From Bacteroidales bacterium (GTDB taxonomy: Bacteria > Bacteroidota > Bacteroidia > Bacteroidales > VadinHA17), in NCBI GenBank assembly GCA_034004115.1, contig JAVEXG010000005.1, positions 2,657 through 66,656 on the forward strand: DNA of 64,000 bases, given 5' to 3'. Under the pieces are notes generated by a model, which was given only the letters and a program-made list of their open reading frames with translations, ran no database searches and was not told the origin of the DNA. A program made the translations under genes and the position numbers. Every line of letters begins with the position of its first letter. Positions within the stretch are counted from its first letter, which is position 1. Positions 1-9,848 of the stretch are shown here, piece after piece.

Positions 1-152
1 TCAATAATGTGCCGGAGGGTCTGAAATACCCGTGTCTGCTATTTGCGCTGTTTAAGGATATATAAGCACTTCCCCTGAATAGCTTTATACAAATCTAATA
101 AAAATAGTAAATTTAACCGCCCGTCAGGCACCACACTTTCTAGAACTTTTAA

Positions 153-1640
153 ATGAAACTCACCTTACTTGACGCTGTAATTTTCTTCTCCCTCATAATC
201 GGGAATGTACTATTCGGGGCTTCCTTCTTTTTCAGGAACAAAACGTCGGACCAGTTCACAACGGGAGGCGGCAGAATTCCCGCGTGGGCAGTTGGCATGT
301 CTATCTTTGCGACCTTTGTAAGCAGCATAAGCTTCCTGGCCCTTCCCGGGAAAGCCTATGCATCGGACTGGAACTCGTTCGTATTCAGTCTCACAATACC
401 TTTCGCCGCCTACGCTGCGGTAAAATTCTTTGTTCCCCTCTACAGAAGCATCGGAAGCGTTTCCGCATACTATTACCTCGAACAAAGGTTCGGAGCCTGG
501 GCCAGGATATATGCTTCGGCCTGCTATGTACTGACCCAGCTGATGAGAACAGGTGCAATCCTTCTGCTTCTTGCTTTGCCCCTCAATGCCCTCTTCGGAT
601 GGGAAATCAGGAGCGTTATTATAATTACAGGTATAGCCGTGATCCTCTATTCAATGCTTGGCGGGATAAAGGCAGTGATATGGACAGACACGATACAGGG
701 AATAATCCTGATCCTGGGTGCACTGACCTGTGCCATTTTCCTTACTGTAAAAATGCCGGGGGGAGCCGGCCGCCTTTTTGAAATTGCTTCCGAACACAAC
801 AAATTCAGCCTTGGAAGCTTTGGGCCCAGTCTCAGGGATTCTACTTTCTGGGTGGTGCTGGTCTACGGTCTTTTCATAAACCTTCAGAATTACGGGATCG
901 ACCAGAACTATATCCAGAGATACATGAGCGCAGGTTCAGAAAGAGAAGCCAGGTCATCGGCACTGTTCGGATCACTGCTGTATGTACCTGTATCACTTCT
1001 GTTTTTCTATATCGGCACCGCCCTGTTTTCGTTCTACACCGCACAGCCCGGTCTTCTTCCCGCTGAATTGAGTGTCGCTGGTGCAGGTGACAGGGTGTTT
1101 CCCCATTTTATTGTAACCGGGCTGCCGGCAGGCCTGACCGGATTACTAATCGCGGCAATATTCTCAGCAGGGATGAGCACTGTGTCCACCAGCCTTAACA
1201 GCACTGCCACAATTTTCCTCACCGATTACTACAAGAGGTATTTCAACATTAAGGCAAGCGAAAAAGCTTCAATGAACGTACTGAGAATCTCTTCACTGAT
1301 AACGGGGCTTCTCGGAATCATAATTGCAATAATTCTCGTGGGAGTGGAAAGCGTCCTGGATGCATGGTGGGCCCTGGCCTCCATTTTCAGCGGCGGTATG
1401 CTGGGCCTCTTCCTGCTTGGTTTTATAGTTAAAAAATCAGGAAAAACAGAGGCAATTATCGGGGTGATTCTTGGTGTTATCCTGATTGTCTGGATGAGCC
1501 TCTCTCCCATCGTATTCACGGAAGGAAACATGGTGGCATTCAGAAGTCCCTTCCATTCCAATCTGACAATAGTGTTCGGCACCACAATAATCTTCCTGGC
1601 CGGATTTTTGATAACCAGTCTAATAAGAAAGAAAAAATGA
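153..1640 (+). CDS. sodium:solute symporter (SSS) family transporter
   Basis: 495-aa ORF with about 13 hydrophobic helices and an SSS-like layout. It shares a 4-nt ATGA overlap with the next gene, which suggests an operon. Confidence 0.8.
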   Translation: MKLTLLDAVIFFSLIIGNVLFGASFFFRNKTSDQFTTGGGRIPAWAVGMSIFATFVSSISFLALPGKAYASDWNSFVFSLTIPFAAYAAVKFFVPLYRSIGSVSAYYYLEQRFGAWARIYASACYVLTQLMRTGAILLLLALPLNALFGWEIRSVIIITGIAVILYSMLGGIKAVIWTDTIQGIILILGALTCAIFLTVKMPGGAGRLFEIASEHNKFSLGSFGPSLRDSTFWVVLVYGLFINLQNYGIDQNYIQRYMSAGSEREARSSALFGSLLYVPVSLLFFYIGTALFSFYTAQPGLLPAELSVAGAGDRVFPHFIVTGLPAGLTGLLIAAIFSAGMSTVSTSLNSTATIFLTDYYKRYFNIKASEKASMNVLRISSLITGLLGIIIAIILVGVESVLDAWWALASIFSGGMLGLFLLGFIVKKSGKTEAIIGVILGVILIVWMSLSPIVFTEGNMVAFRSPFHSNLTIVFGTTIIFLAGFLITSLIRKKK

Positions 1641-2716
1641 ATAAAATCATCCTGTCTGTCTGTTTTCTTATAAGTTGCGGCACACTAACCGCACAGCAGC
1701 CCTTCAGGGGCGAACAGTGCATCACTTTGAAGGAGTTCATCTATCAGCCGGAAGATGTCGCTTTCCCGAGTTGTCATGCCTCAACGATAGCTGAAATCGA
1801 TGGAGGATTAATAGCAGCCTGGTTTGGCGGGACCGCCGAGAAAAACCCGGATGTCGGGATATGGACAAGCAGGTTCATCGGCGGGAAGTGGGCCAGACCG
1901 GAAGAACCTGCCAACGGAATCAGGGGTGACAAGAGGTATCCCTGCTGGAACCCGGTTCTTTTCAACTCAGGTGACGAACTGCTTCTTTTCTTCAAAGTCG
2001 GACCAAGCCCTTCGGAATGGTGGGGCGAACTTATTGTCTCCGGCGACAATGGCATTTCATGGTCGGCGCCCAGAAAGCTTCCTGAGGGATTCATGGGACC
2101 TGTAAAAAATAAACCGGTAATGCTTGACAATGGGGTACTGCTTTGTCCGTCGAGTTCCGAACACGACGGATGGAGAGTCCACATGGAGATGACTCCCGAC
2201 TTCGGGATGACCTGGACGATGACTGAACCTCTGAATGACAAGAGCATATCAGCAATCCAGCCGTCAGTATTATTCCACGCCGGCGGAAAGCTTCAGATGG
2301 TTTGCCGCAGTAAGCAGTCCAGTATTCTTACTTCATGGTCACAGGATAAAGGCCGGACCTGGAGCAGGCTGAGTCCCCTGAGCCTTCCCAATCCCAATTC
2401 GGGAATAGATGCAGTGACCCTGAAGGACGGACGGCATATAATGGTTTACAATCACCTGAAATCAGGACGAACCATGCTCAATGTTGCAATCTCTGACGAT
2501 GGTATAAACTGGAAACCAGCCGCACTTCTCGAAAATGAGGACAAGGGAACTGAATTCTCTTATCCCGCCGTAATACAGACCGGCGACGGTATGATTCATA
2601 TTACATATACCTGGAACAGAAAACTCATAAAGCATGTGGTGGTTGATCCCGGGCTTATTAAAACCGCTGAATTCGGTACCGGCGGAGCCTGGCCGTCTGA
2701 AACCCGGGTAGACTGA
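1637..2716 (+). CDS. secreted BNR/Asp-box repeat protein, sialidase-fold (exo-alpha-sialidase-like)
   Basis: N-terminal signal peptide. Four Asp-box (SxDxGxTW) repeats are present: SGDNGISW, TPDFGMTW, SQDKGRTW and ISDDGINW. Confidence 0.75.
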   Translation: MNKIILSVCFLISCGTLTAQQPFRGEQCITLKEFIYQPEDVAFPSCHASTIAEIDGGLIAAWFGGTAEKNPDVGIWTSRFIGGKWARPEEPANGIRGDKRYPCWNPVLFNSGDELLLFFKVGPSPSEWWGELIVSGDNGISWSAPRKLPEGFMGPVKNKPVMLDNGVLLCPSSSEHDGWRVHMEMTPDFGMTWTMTEPLNDKSISAIQPSVLFHAGGKLQMVCRSKQSSILTSWSQDKGRTWSRLSPLSLPNPNSGIDAVTLKDGRHIMVYNHLKSGRTMLNVAISDDGINWKPAALLENEDKGTEFSYPAVIQTGDGMIHITYTWNRKLIKHVVVDPGLIKTAEFGTGGAWPSETRVD

Positions 2717-3970
2717 TCAATTACCCAGCGCCGGGAGTATAAGAAGTGCACCCGACAAAATAACAAGTATTCCCACAGCGCCCCATCCGATAATATTCTG
2801 GAAAGGCTTGTTCGTGTAGCTGCCCATGATCTTCTTATTGTTGATAAGCAGGATCATGCTTACAAGAACTACCGGAAGCAATATCCCGTTAAGAACCTGC
2901 GACCAGATGGATATGCCTATCAGAGGCGCATTGGGTATAAGAATTATTGCAGCTGAAATAACCAGTATACCGGTGTAAAGAACATAGAACTCCTTAGCCT
3001 CATCCAGCTTCTTGTCGATGCCTGCTTCAAATCCGAAGGCTTCGCATACATAGAAGGCGGTGGCCAGGGGAAGAATTGTCGCTGAAAATACCGATGCTAC
3101 AAACAGACCGAAGGCAAACACATGTGATGCAAGCCTTCCTGCCAGAGGCTCGAGCGAAAGGGCTGCATCGCTGGCTTCAGAGATCACTATCCCGTTTGGA
3201 AACAGCGTCGATCCGCAGGCAACCATAATGAAAAATGCTACGACAACAGTGATTATGCATCCTGCAACAATATCAATCACCGTGTATTTGTAATCCTTAA
3301 TCTTGAGCCCCTTTTCAATCACCGTTGCCTGCATGTAGAACTGCATCCAGGGAGCTATTGTAGTCCCGACAAGGGCAATTATAACGGTCAGACTCTGTGT
3401 ATTGATCTGAATACCCGGCCTGACTATGGCCGACCCGATCTCTCCCCAGTCGGGTTTTGCCATAAGCGCCGACACAACATAAGTCAGAAGCGAAGCGCTG
3501 AAAATCAGAAATATGCGCTCGGCAATCTTGTAGGTACCCTTTACAACCAGTAACCAGACAAGGATTGCAGCCACAGGAACGGAAATATACTTGCTCACAC
3601 CAAATATCTTCATGCTGCCTGCCACTCCTGCAAATTCCGTTGTGGTGTTGCCTATATTTGAAATCAGCAGACCTATAAAAATGAAGAAGGTTACCTTTAC
3701 ACCGGCATTCTCCCTTATCAGGTCCGACAATCCCTTCCCTGTCACTATTCCCATCCTGGCATTCATCTCCTGGATGACAAGAAGCACAATGAGTGACGGG
3801 ATCAGGGTCCAGATCATTCCATAACCGTACATGGCCCCTGCAACAGAATAGGTGGTTATGCCGCCAGCGTCATTATCGACGCTTCCAGTTATTATCCCCG
3901 GTCCCAGGAGTGCAAAAAAGATCGCCAGGTTCCTGAAAAAGCCGCTCTTGCCGATTTTTGTCCTGAACAT
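2717..3970 (-). CDS. NRAMP/SLC11-family divalent cation transporter, NRMT-like (Mg-type) variant
   Basis: Polytopic membrane protein. TM1 'GPGIITGSVDNDAGG' and TM6 'GTTIAPW' align to the NRAMP DPGN and GAxxMPH motifs, with N->G, A->T and M->A changes. The ATG is at 3970; the track start at 3973 is a GTG one codon upstream. Confidence 0.8.
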   Translation of the reverse strand: MFRTKIGKSGFFRNLAIFFALLGPGIITGSVDNDAGGITTYSVAGAMYGYGMIWTLIPSLIVLLVIQEMNARMGIVTGKGLSDLIRENAGVKVTFFIFIGLLISNIGNTTTEFAGVAGSMKIFGVSKYISVPVAAILVWLLVVKGTYKIAERIFLIFSASLLTYVVSALMAKPDWGEIGSAIVRPGIQINTQSLTVIIALVGTTIAPWMQFYMQATVIEKGLKIKDYKYTVIDIVAGCIITVVVAFFIMVACGSTLFPNGIVISEASDAALSLEPLAGRLASHVFAFGLFVASVFSATILPLATAFYVCEAFGFEAGIDKKLDEAKEFYVLYTGILVISAAIILIPNAPLIGISIWSQVLNGILLPVVLVSMILLINNKKIMGSYTNKPFQNIIGWGAVGILVILSGALLILPALGN

Positions 3971-3981
3971 CACCGATGCAC

Positions 3982-5256
3982 TTACCTCTTATATGTTCTT
4001 CTCTTGCTCATAAGGTCTTCGAGAACATCATCCACAACCACCATTCCCTGGAGAATGTTGTCGCGGTCAACAACGGGAACAGCCAGTAGATTGTATTTGG
4101 AAATAGTCTCGGCTATATCGTTGATTTTCTGATCATCATAAAGGAAGACAGGCACAGATTTCATCACACTGCCCAGAACCGTTTCAGGCTCTGCAATAAT
4201 AAGGTCGCTCAAACTGAATGTTCCTGCCAGCCTGTCATCTTCCTCAGTGACAAAAAGCGAATAGAGTTCGGAAGGTTCGGGCTTCCTTATACGGAGTTCC
4301 CTGATGACATCCTCAACTGTAAGTTCAGAACGGAACGACAGTACATCGGTGGTCATAAGCCCTCCTGCATGGTTATCAGGGTATTCGAGCAGTTCCCTTA
4401 CCTCCTGCGACACTTCACTGTCCATCTCCTTCAGAAGCAGCTCTGCCTTCTCATCCTCAATCTCATCCAGAATGTCGGCAGCCTCATCAGCAGGCATTTT
4501 TTCGAGAACATCGGCAGCCTTGGTGACCGGAAGGCTCTCTATAATATGTATCTGAGTCTGGGTTTCCATCTCTTCCAGAACATCGGCAGCCTTTTCCTCA
4601 TCAAGCGCTGAGAAGACCGACGTGCTGGATTTCCTTCCAAGATCTTCGATAATATCCGCCAGATCCGAAGGGTGAAGCGTATGAAGCTTTGCATAACTCT
4701 TTGAAAGCTTGATATTAAGGTTCGAAAAATCGATGGCCTGAACATCATCCCATAGTATGTATTTGGTGGGTATTTTCACCCTGAACAGAGATAGCACTCT
4801 CTGAATGGGAACCAGTATACCTATCCTGCGAAGGAGTCCGCCAATTCCAATATCCACCGCAACAGCAAACGTTCCGGTCGGAAGTGTGGCGAGTCTCACA
4901 TCATTCACCCTTACAAGCTTCCTTCCGTTCAGATCGACTATCTGCTTGTCCTGGATATTCTCACCCAGAAGCAAACCTCCGGCAATCTCTTCACTGCTTA
5001 GTTCAATCAGGTCGTAACAGGTCACACTGATACGTTCGCGGACTTTAACCACCCTGAATGTACTGAACGAATAAAGTTTTGTTTCCCTGCCAATTTTCAG
5101 CCTGATACCGGTTATAAGCTGCTGGTTGGGGTTGTTCTGACCTGAAGGTACGGCGTTGACCATAAGATCCCTGATCACGCCAATAACATCGCCATCGGCT
5201 CCGAATACCTCCTTGCCGGTTATTCCGCTTAAATAAAAAGTTGTGAGTGATGTCAT
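3982..5256 (-). CDS. soluble PRC-barrel + MgtE N-domain + tandem CBS protein (MgtE cytosolic module without a membrane domain)
   Basis: Acidic MgtE_N-like helices (ADVLEEM.., AADVLEKMPADEAADILDEIEDEKAELLL) are followed by two CBS-like repeats. No hydrophobic helices are present. The ATG at 5256 is preceded by GGAGGTGA; the track start at 5262 is a GTG inside that SD. Confidence 0.7.
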   Translation of the reverse strand: MTSLTTFYLSGITGKEVFGADGDVIGVIRDLMVNAVPSGQNNPNQQLITGIRLKIGRETKLYSFSTFRVVKVRERISVTCYDLIELSSEEIAGGLLLGENIQDKQIVDLNGRKLVRVNDVRLATLPTGTFAVAVDIGIGGLLRRIGILVPIQRVLSLFRVKIPTKYILWDDVQAIDFSNLNIKLSKSYAKLHTLHPSDLADIIEDLGRKSSTSVFSALDEEKAADVLEEMETQTQIHIIESLPVTKAADVLEKMPADEAADILDEIEDEKAELLLKEMDSEVSQEVRELLEYPDNHAGGLMTTDVLSFRSELTVEDVIRELRIRKPEPSELYSLFVTEEDDRLAGTFSLSDLIIAEPETVLGSVMKSVPVFLYDDQKINDIAETISKYNLLAVPVVDRDNILQGMVVVDDVLEDLMSKRRTYKR

Positions 5257-5257
5257 A

Positions 5258-5317
5258 GTCACCTCCTTTCTTTTACCGATATAGAAAGAGGTGACCAGCT
5301 GAATGGTCCCGCTCCTC
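5258..5317 (-). promoter_or_regulatory. 5' leader hairpin that sequesters a strong Shine-Dalgarno site
   Basis: Minus-strand RNA reads GGUCACCUCUUUC (5296->5284), a 13-nt loop, then GAAAGGAGGUGAC (5270->5258), U and AUG. This gives a roughly 12-bp stem with one bulge covering AGGAGG. The upstream GAGGAGCGGGACC (5317->5305) could pair instead with the anti-SD arm. Confidence 0.5.
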
Positions 5318-5487
5318 TACATCAGAGAATTAATTAATATACCCGCGGGGCCGTCGTCCATTTTGCTGTTAGAATTGATTTCGCGGCGTAAAAGTAAAAC
5401 CCGCGAAAGGAAATTCCAAATAAATAATAAGAAAGTTGAAAACGCTTCAGGTGTTAATGGCCTGAGGTCAGCAGAGGCAATAAATCA

Positions 5488-5973
5488 TCACTGGGCATCG
5501 GCCATTCTGGTCTTCTTAAGCAACAGGATTATCTTAAGGGCCTCATCGGCATGCTTCTGGACTTGAGTCTGAGATTTGAATACATAAATGATCCTTCCGG
5601 ATTTGTCGGCTACATAGGTAACCCGTCCGGCTACCAGTCCGAACATATGTGACGGAACGCCGAATAACTTCCTGACCTTGTCGTCAGTATCGCTCAGAAG
5701 AGTAAAATTCAGTCTGTTTATTTCTGCAAACTCCTTGTGACTTTCAACTGATTGTCCGCTTATGCCTATTACAACTGCTTCATTCTCATCAAACACGTCA
5801 TTGATGTCCCTGAAATAGCAAGCCTCCCTTGTACAGTACAGACTGCCGTCCCTGGGGTAAAAGAAAACAACCATATTCTTCTTCCCGATAACATCCCGGA
5901 TATGAAACATCTTCCCGTTCTGATCGGGAAGAGAAAAATCGGGAATCATATCTCCTGCCTTTAAAGAATTCAT
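5488..5973 (-). CDS. bcp: thiol peroxidase Bcp (peroxiredoxin Q type)
   Basis: AhpC/TSA fold with 'FFYPRDGSLYCTREAC' (peroxidatic Cys in the PxxxxxxC context). The start was moved to ATG 5973 (MNSLKAGD..); the track start is TTG. Confidence 0.8.
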   Translation of the reverse strand: MNSLKAGDMIPDFSLPDQNGKMFHIRDVIGKKNMVVFFYPRDGSLYCTREACYFRDINDVFDENEAVVIGISGQSVESHKEFAEINRLNFTLLSDTDDKVRKLFGVPSHMFGLVAGRVTYVADKSGRIIYVFKSQTQVQKHADEALKIILLLKKTRMADAQ

Positions 5974-6077
5974 ACTGCGACAATATAGCAATAAAAAATA
6001 TGTGATAAAAACCTGCTTCCTGTATCCTTGCCGTCAAACCCTGAGTTCAATCCGGCATAAATAAATGATGTGAGATC

Positions 6078-7991
6078 TCAGTATGATTTGTATTCCTCAC
6101 TCATTACATTGAGCGTCTGAGGGATCCACACCCTGTATCTTGAGTCCTCGTTCCATGTATTTCCTGCAGAGGCAAAATCACAAAAACTGACCGGCCTGGG
6201 TTGACGGAATTCGCCCTCAAGGTCAGTCCCGAGAACAAGATCCGCCCTGAATGCCATCCAGACATGATCGGGTTTCTCCTTAACGGGCACCAGACCAACT
6301 ATTCCTTCCTTTTCGGCGATTACAGCCGGTTCAGCTATGAATCCGTCACTGAATCTTGTATCCCTTGCCAGAACCACCGGTCCCCTTATGATTGCCTGAT
6401 GACCGTTCTGCTTCAGAAGCCGCGCGGACAGGTCCATTTTAATCAATACCCGGTCGCCCTTGCTCCATGTTCTTGAAATCCTTGCATATGTTCCCGGCCT
6501 GATATCATTAACCCCTACTCCATTTACCTCTACGACAGTGTTCCTGCTCCAGGAGGGTATTCGGAAGCCAAGAGACAGTTCAACAGGTTTATCCGGACTG
6601 ATAACAAAACCGATAGAGTCGGTGACAGGATAGCCTGAGAATTGCTCAATAAGCATATTGTTCTTTTTTGCTAGCGGCACAACTGCGCTTCCAGTACCGT
6701 ACAGATTGATGAACACCTCACCGGCAGCACCCGTAACAGCGAAAGAAGGAAGCATCATAAAAGCCCTCGGACCGTTTGCATTACAACAGTTAATGTGCAT
6801 TCCGCACTGTTCCTCCCCTGAATGCCTTATCCCTCCGAGGGGGCTGTACTTGGCGATCTCCATCCCGTCATACTTCAGCGAGGCCATAAGCGCATTGTAA
6901 GCCGAAAGCTCTATCTGATCAGCATATTCAGGGTTGCCGGTGAGACGGAGAAGACTGAAGCACAACTTCATCCAGGTCATTGTAACACACGTTTCCATCG
7001 TGTGGTAAGTGGGTTCGGTCTGGTGTTTTATCCCCTTGTACCAGCATTCAAAAGCACTCCCCGATCCTGCTATGTTTATCTCGGTGCTGATTATGTTTTT
7101 CACGGCCGACTCCACAGCTCTCAGATAATTTTCATCTCCCGTAACCCGGTATAGTTCCAGCAGACCTTCATAGCACGACATCATCTCGTAAGCTTTCTGT
7201 CCGTTTTCGTACGACCACCATGACGAAGGGTGTGGAAATCTTTCAGATACAGGGATGCCTTTGACTGCAGAGCTGATTAGTAAGGGACCATCCGGGGTTT
7301 CCCACTGACCAACAATGTATTTTGCAAAGTCCAGATATTTATTGTCTCCCGTTCTCCTGTACAGATACACCACAGGCTCAAGAACCGAACTGCTGGGCAT
7401 ACCCCGGTAATTCCCCGTCTTCACAATATCGGCTTTACCCGGACCTACCTGGGTGAGAAGATGATCAGTCAGCCTTACAGCTGCCCTTAGAACATTTTTA
7501 TCCGAAGTGAGATCATAATATGCCAGGAGACCAAGAAGAGTATACTTCCTTCCCCAGATATCCCAGTGCTGCAACGCAGCCCCTTCGCTGTAATTTCCTA
7601 TATAGCCGTCAGGCATCTGTGTCTCAAGAAGTCCCGCAACTGCTCCTTCGATTATCCGGAGCAATTCCGGATCATGGTTATAATTATATGCTGCAATGGC
7701 CGACTGGATCCACTTGCCCCAGAACTCCGACTGCCACAGCCTTGTCTCTTCCTTATGCCGGAAAGGCTCTATCAGATGACCGGCATCCTGTGCCTTTATT
7801 CTTTTACTGATCACAAGGTCCATCTTCTCCCCAAGGTATCCTTCTATCCTTACTGATGAAGGTGCGCAGGAGAACATCCTGTCGGCCACTGCATCGGCCG
7901 GCAGCTGTTTTTGCCTCTGACCGCGCACTGAGGTCAGGCCAGCAACAATAATAAGTGAGATCGTCAGAAGTCTTTTAAATGTCTCTTGCAT
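6078..7991 (-). CDS. glycoside hydrolase family 127 (DUF1680, beta-L-arabinofuranosidase-like), secreted
   Basis: 637 aa with a signal peptide and the typical GH127 length. The Cys cluster 'EEQCGMHINCCNANGPR' resembles the Zn/catalytic Cys region of this family. Confidence 0.7.
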   Translation of the reverse strand: MQETFKRLLTISLIIVAGLTSVRGQRQKQLPADAVADRMFSCAPSSVRIEGYLGEKMDLVISKRIKAQDAGHLIEPFRHKEETRLWQSEFWGKWIQSAIAAYNYNHDPELLRIIEGAVAGLLETQMPDGYIGNYSEGAALQHWDIWGRKYTLLGLLAYYDLTSDKNVLRAAVRLTDHLLTQVGPGKADIVKTGNYRGMPSSSVLEPVVYLYRRTGDNKYLDFAKYIVGQWETPDGPLLISSAVKGIPVSERFPHPSSWWSYENGQKAYEMMSCYEGLLELYRVTGDENYLRAVESAVKNIISTEINIAGSGSAFECWYKGIKHQTEPTYHTMETCVTMTWMKLCFSLLRLTGNPEYADQIELSAYNALMASLKYDGMEIAKYSPLGGIRHSGEEQCGMHINCCNANGPRAFMMLPSFAVTGAAGEVFINLYGTGSAVVPLAKKNNMLIEQFSGYPVTDSIGFVISPDKPVELSLGFRIPSWSRNTVVEVNGVGVNDIRPGTYARISRTWSKGDRVLIKMDLSARLLKQNGHQAIIRGPVVLARDTRFSDGFIAEPAVIAEKEGIVGLVPVKEKPDHVWMAFRADLVLGTDLEGEFRQPRPVSFCDFASAGNTWNEDSRYRVWIPQTLNVMSEEYKSY

Positions 7992-8124
7992 GATTTATAG
8001 GGTTTTATCAAGACGTGCAGCCGGTGTCTGAAATCCGCATTCCATCCTTATGATTAAGCTCATGCAATTTAGCAACAATTATTCATAATTTTGAATTGCC
8101 GGAGAGGTACAAAAAAACAACAGG

Positions 8125-9630
8125 ATGCAGGAGCTTGAAAAGCACTTTGATCAGTTCAGAAAGGACATCGTTGGCCTTGACGCTCATATAGATACACCTT
8201 ACGGGAAGAAGAAGCTTGTATATGCCGACTGGATAGCCAGCGGAAGGTTGTACGGTCCCATCGAAAGACGGATAAGCGATGACATAGGTCAGATGGTCGG
8301 AAATACTCACTCCGAATCGTCAGCGACAGGGAAGGCAATGACGGATGCCTATCACATGGCCCAGAAGATTGTCAAGAACCATGTCAATGCCAACGAGAAT
8401 GACATTATTATCTTCACCGGCACCGGGATGACTTCGGCAATTGCAAAACTGCAGAGGTTACTGGGCCTGAAGGTGCCTGAGCAGGCGATCAATTATTGTG
8501 TTTTCACCCATGGAGAATACAAAAGCTGCCGTGAGATACCCAACGAGAACCGCCCGGTGGTTTTCCTTACCCATGCCGAGCACCATTCAAATCATACATC
8601 ATGGTTCGAAACACTTGCTGATGTAGTGGTTCTCGAACCTGCCGACGGGCTGAGGGTGGATCCTGAATTGCTCCGGTCAAAGATAAGAAGGTATAAGGAC
8701 CGTCCCCTGCTTATAGGATCATTCACGGCATGTTCAAATGTCACCGGTTATGAACCCCCATACTATGAGCTTGCCCGCATCATGCACGAACACAACGGAT
8801 ATTGCTTCATCGACTTTGCGGCATCGGCCCCCTATGTTGAAATAAACATGCATCCGCCCGACAGGATGGAGCAGCTTGACGGGATATTCTTCTCCCCTCA
8901 CAAGTTTCTCGGCGGGCCGGGAAGCGCGGGAGTACTTGTGTTCAACCGGCAGCTTTACAAGAATGAGATACCCGATACTCCGGGCGGGGGAACAGTGAAA
9001 TGGACTAACCGCTGGGGAGGATACAGTTACATCACCGACATTGAGGTAAAGGAAGACGGCGGAACTCCGGGTTTTCTCCAGGGCATCAGGGCAGCACTTG
9101 CAATAACCCTCAAGGAGAAAATGGATATAGCGAAAATATGCGAACGGGAGGAGCATCTTGTAAAACTTGCATTTGAGGGACTTGGCCGGATTCCCGGCCT
9201 GCACATCCTGGCTGAAAACATCACGGACCGGTTGGGCGTTTTTTCATTCTACCTCGACAAAGTTCATCACAACCTTGCAACAAAACTTCTTAACGACAGG
9301 TTCGGGATACAGGTCAGGGGAGGCTGTTCCTGCGCCGGTACATACGGCCACTTCCTCCTGAATGTCGACTTCCTTCATTCACAGGAGATCACCGAAAGAA
9401 TTGAAGCCGGGGACCTTTCGATGAAACCCGGATGGGTGAGGCTTTCGCTTCATCCCACCATGACTGAAGAGGAACTCTCTTTCATAATAAACGCTATCGG
9501 ACAGGTGGCTGAAAATGCCGACGAGTGGGGGAAGGATTACTGTTACAACAATCACACCAACGAGTTTCATCATATAAAACACGAAGACGTTAACCTTCCA
9601 TGGTCGATGAAATGGTTTGAAATTGAATAA
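8125..9630 (+). CDS. aminotransferase class V-fold PLP enzyme (cysteine desulfurase/selenocysteine lyase-like)
   Basis: 501 aa. The PLP-lysine context is 'FFSPHKFLGGPGSAGVL', and there is a C-terminal 'RGGCSCAG' motif. Confidence 0.65.
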   Translation: MQELEKHFDQFRKDIVGLDAHIDTPYGKKKLVYADWIASGRLYGPIERRISDDIGQMVGNTHSESSATGKAMTDAYHMAQKIVKNHVNANENDIIIFTGTGMTSAIAKLQRLLGLKVPEQAINYCVFTHGEYKSCREIPNENRPVVFLTHAEHHSNHTSWFETLADVVVLEPADGLRVDPELLRSKIRRYKDRPLLIGSFTACSNVTGYEPPYYELARIMHEHNGYCFIDFAASAPYVEINMHPPDRMEQLDGIFFSPHKFLGGPGSAGVLVFNRQLYKNEIPDTPGGGTVKWTNRWGGYSYITDIEVKEDGGTPGFLQGIRAALAITLKEKMDIAKICEREEHLVKLAFEGLGRIPGLHILAENITDRLGVFSFYLDKVHHNLATKLLNDRFGIQVRGGCSCAGTYGHFLLNVDFLHSQEITERIEAGDLSMKPGWVRLSLHPTMTEEELSFIINAIGQVAENADEWGKDYCYNNHTNEFHHIKHEDVNLPWSMKWFEIE

Positions 9631-9719
9631 AATACTCCGGTTTCTTAACCATTGTGACAAAATTTAAGGAGGAAATACATCTGCAGTTTTAAAAACACTA
9701 TTTTTGTAATCCCGTTTTA

Positions 9720-9792
9720 CGGCCCGTAGCTCAGCTGGTAGAGCACGTGACTCTTAATCATGGGGTCGAGAGTTCGAGCCTCTCCGGGCCGA
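9720..9792 (+). tRNA. tRNA-Lys (anticodon CTT)
   Basis: Hand-folded cloverleaf. The acceptor stem is CGGCCCG/CGGGCCG, the D-arm GCTC..GAGC, the anticodon stem CGTGA/TCATG with loop CT-CTT-AA, and the T-arm GAGAG-TTCGAGC-CTCTC. The discriminator is A and no CCA is encoded. Confidence 0.9.
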
Positions 9793-9793
9793 C

Positions 9794-9830
9794 AAAAAAA
9801 GGCAGCTTTTTTTTAAATAGCTGCCTTTTT
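9794..9830. terminator. bidirectional intrinsic terminator between tRNA-Lys and fdhA
   Basis: A-run, GGCAGCT, an 11-nt loop, AGCTGCC, then a T-run. It lies between two convergent genes. Confidence 0.75.
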
Positions 9831-9848
9831 CAGATCTCAGAAATCCAT

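Noticed and set aside
5263-5487. An M-box (Mg2+) or yybP-ykoY (Mn2+) riboswitch upstream of the MgtE-N/NRAMP operon.
   Set aside because: No GTTAGGTGAGGCT-type M-box core and no GGGGAGTAG/GAGACA Mn-riboswitch core is seen on the minus strand. Only the simpler SD-sequestering hairpin is supported.
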